Source: Magallana gigas (Eukaryota). From it: a stretch of 64,000 bases of DNA. A program made the position numbers and the translations under genes. The stretch covers positions 7,812,001-7,876,000 of the forward strand of contig NC_088855.1 in the NCBI RefSeq assembly GCF_963853765.1, in the 5' to 3' direction. A model generated the notes under the pieces. It worked only from the letters and a program-made list of their open reading frames with translations. It had not been told where the DNA came from and did no database searches. Positions 61,273-64,000 of this stretch are shown here, one piece after another. Position 1 is the first letter of the stretch. Every line of letters starts with the position of its first letter.

Positions 61273-64000
61273 GTCATTTAAAAATAAAAAACCCAAAACA
61301 AAAAACACACAACAAAAACAACCCCCTAAAATAATCAAACAAAAAACAACAACATTAAAAAAAACAAAAACAAAACCACAAACAACTACAACAAAAAGGT
61401 TTTAGGGTGAGAACCTAGTAAGTTGTTAGAACTTCTGTACAAACCCACTGTATAGTATATAGGTATATAATAAAATATGTTCAAACGAAACGGCTTGGGA
61501 AAAAAAGAGAAAAATAAGCATTTATATCCTCTCAAAGCGTAGGAAAGAGGGAAACAATAAGAAGAACAAAAGGATAAAAAGGGCATATCTAGTACATAAT
61601 TAATATCAAACTATGTGACATCAAAATGAAAAATTGCTTTCTCCTGTGTGTAAAAAAACTGAACAAGATCCCTACACTACATAATGTACAAAGCCTTTAA
61701 GCATTTCGATAGATCGCTATATAAATCAGCTCTGTATCTCTTAAATGATTAAATATAAAATGATGAAATTATTAATTTCATTATAGTTATCTCTGACTCA
61801 ATAGATGTTTGAGTTAGAGATTAGTTGCTGAAAACGAAACATTTTAAAATGCAGATAGGCACTCAATACCCATTAACAAACGATAATTTTTTTTTTTAAA
61901 TTCCATGCATGTAAATTCCTAATCAAATAAACGTCATCTTTTATTTCTTAACATCCCGATTTTGCCAGTTGAGGACATGGGATTGTTCGGGGACGAATGG
62001 AAATGATTGACACATTACTAATTTTATAAAAAAAATTATTTGTCATATAAGAAAAAAGAAAAAGATATTTAAAAATATTTGTTTAAATTTTACAGGGCTT
62101 TTTATTAGATGAAGTTAACTTAACTTGAGTACACATTCCTTGGAAACGGTAGAATGGGAAATGAAATATATCTGAGTTACATTTATATTTTAAAACCACA
62201 ATGAATAGATGATAAAAGTTCCGCCCTTCTAATTTATTACAGACTATTGTAATAAGTCGTGTAGTCTAATATACTGTGATTAGAGAAATTAAAATTCATA
62301 TCTATGTTCGCGCAACATTTACAATTAGATGGGATTTAGAGTTGATATGTCTCGAAAAGTATTTTGCATGAGTGAACGTATTTACGTTTCTTACATGAAG
62401 AAATCCTTCAAAATAAGGCTTATGCGAAACCTTGAACCATTGGGCTCCCAAACGCAAAAAATAAGCTGGAGGGATGACGATGGAGTCATCAACAAGAGAA
62501 ACATTTGCGAAACTTGATTACATAATAACTGATTCCATATTTGATGGACATTCACTAAACAAAAACGGTTTTCGTTTTCAATTTCAGTTGAACAAACACA
62601 GGCAGTTCATAAAAACAAAGCTCTATGACTGAAACTTTCTACAATTTGCTGGGAATCTTTTTGCCTCAGTTTTTGGGACTTTCTTGGTTGCACGTTTCAG
62701 GCAATTGCGCAGTAGAAAGTAGCATGATTTATTTGTCTGTGGTTCTTCTCCCAGACAAAATTCCCCACTACAGTAAACAACAGACATATCGAATGTAAAA
62801 AAAAAATTATAAACCGCTTTCGAGTAAATAAAACATTAGACAAAATAGATATTAAGAGCTACTCACATCACTGCATGCTTCAACTGATAAACGAGATTGC
62901 GAATTATAATTTTTGGAATTTTGAATGAACATACAGTGCATAGATAAATTATGAATATATTGTCGTTATATTATCTATGAAAACCATTCCTTTTGCACAT
63001 TAGTACGGTTATTTGATTGACAAAGAGACAAATGAAATGGCCAAAATTAATGTGGAATATCTTATTCAAGTACATATAGATATATGAAAGATGAGTAAGA
63101 ACAAGAAAATCTTGGCTTAGAAGTCTGGAAAATACCACGTGTGTCTTATGTAAGGCATGTCAGTTTAGATTAAAAAAGAAAATTGTTTATACTTTCACAC
63201 CAAGCTGATCTAAATACATATTGACTAGTTTTAGAGAACAGCTTCATGAGTTTCGTAGAAATATCTGATATTTGATACATGCATGCAGTGCATATAAAAT
63301 GATTGTTACAAATATATCTGAAAAAAGTGCACATCAAAACTGATTTAAAATCTCAAAATCGTTAGTATGATCAGGTAATAACAATTTTACTTCGTAAATG
63401 TCTTATTAAAATACAAAAAAAAAACCCCAAAAACCAAAAACGTGAGTGCTATTTCTTTGAAAAGTCCGTAAAAATATCTTTATTTTCATCTGAGAGTTAA
63501 GTTGATAATTTCAGATTGCATGGTACTGTTCTCCGAGTTCAGCATCTGTCGGCGCCATTGCACTGATGACATGGCGGTACACAGTCACATCCAATCATCA
63601 CAGTAGAGCACCTTGCTAAGAATGACACGACCCTAAGAGCCTCACGTACGGATATATCCTTCAACATTTTTAGGGTATTTTTTTTTTAATTTTCATAAGC
63701 TGTGTACAATTAAGTCATATGATTATCGGAAAAGCAATCATCTTGCAGCTGGTAAATAGCAGGTATATGGGGGCTCTTGTTATTTTGTTTCAAAATAAGT
63801 GCATTGCATCATGCTTTTTGGGATTTTCCTCAGTTTCAGAACAATAATGAAACGAAACACTCCCATCCTTTTCCCTTTTGTCTCTAAGAACATACTACGA
63901 GGGTTGTTCGGAAATAAGTGAGACAACACAAATATTTCCCTTTCTTAGTGACGAATTTAGATGAAAATTGGCATTTATAAACATTGAAGAAATTCAAACA

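Noticed and set aside
1-64000. rRNA, tRNA, intact transposase or reverse transcriptase genes
   Set aside because: No recognisable sequence or ORF for any of these; all mobile elements seen are non-autonomous.

Overview
AT-rich eukaryotic (intron-containing) DNA, most likely from an oyster or related bivalve; this is inferred from the MITE/Helentron-type repeats, a Pif-like shell protein gene and the frequent TACATGTA motif. Seven protein-coding genes could be spliced by hand with consistent GT-AG phases: a Ttd14-like P-loop gene (-, runs off the left edge), CCDC157-like (+), SGF29 (-), a TLC-domain TLCD3/FAM57-like gene (+), a ~1603-aa secreted Pif/BMSP-like chitin-binding + laminin-G protein (+), a PhyH-like 2OG-Fe(II) dioxygenase (-) and a GT14 core-2/I-branching GlcNAc-transferase (-). 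Introns and spacers carry many non-autonomous transposons: two foldback elements with 8-9 bp TSDs, a Helentron-like element with a 177-bp satellite, TA-type MITEs and CA..TG elements with 5-bp TSDs. No rRNA, tRNA or CRISPR was found. The best leads are a histone H3-like N-terminus (M)GRTK on the H3K4me3 reader SGF29, a 65-bp array that multiplies an exon end plus 5' splice site in CCDC157, and a Pif-like protein with a ~1200-aa charge-polarised region and no recognisable vWA domain. All coordinates were counted by hand and may be off by a few bases.
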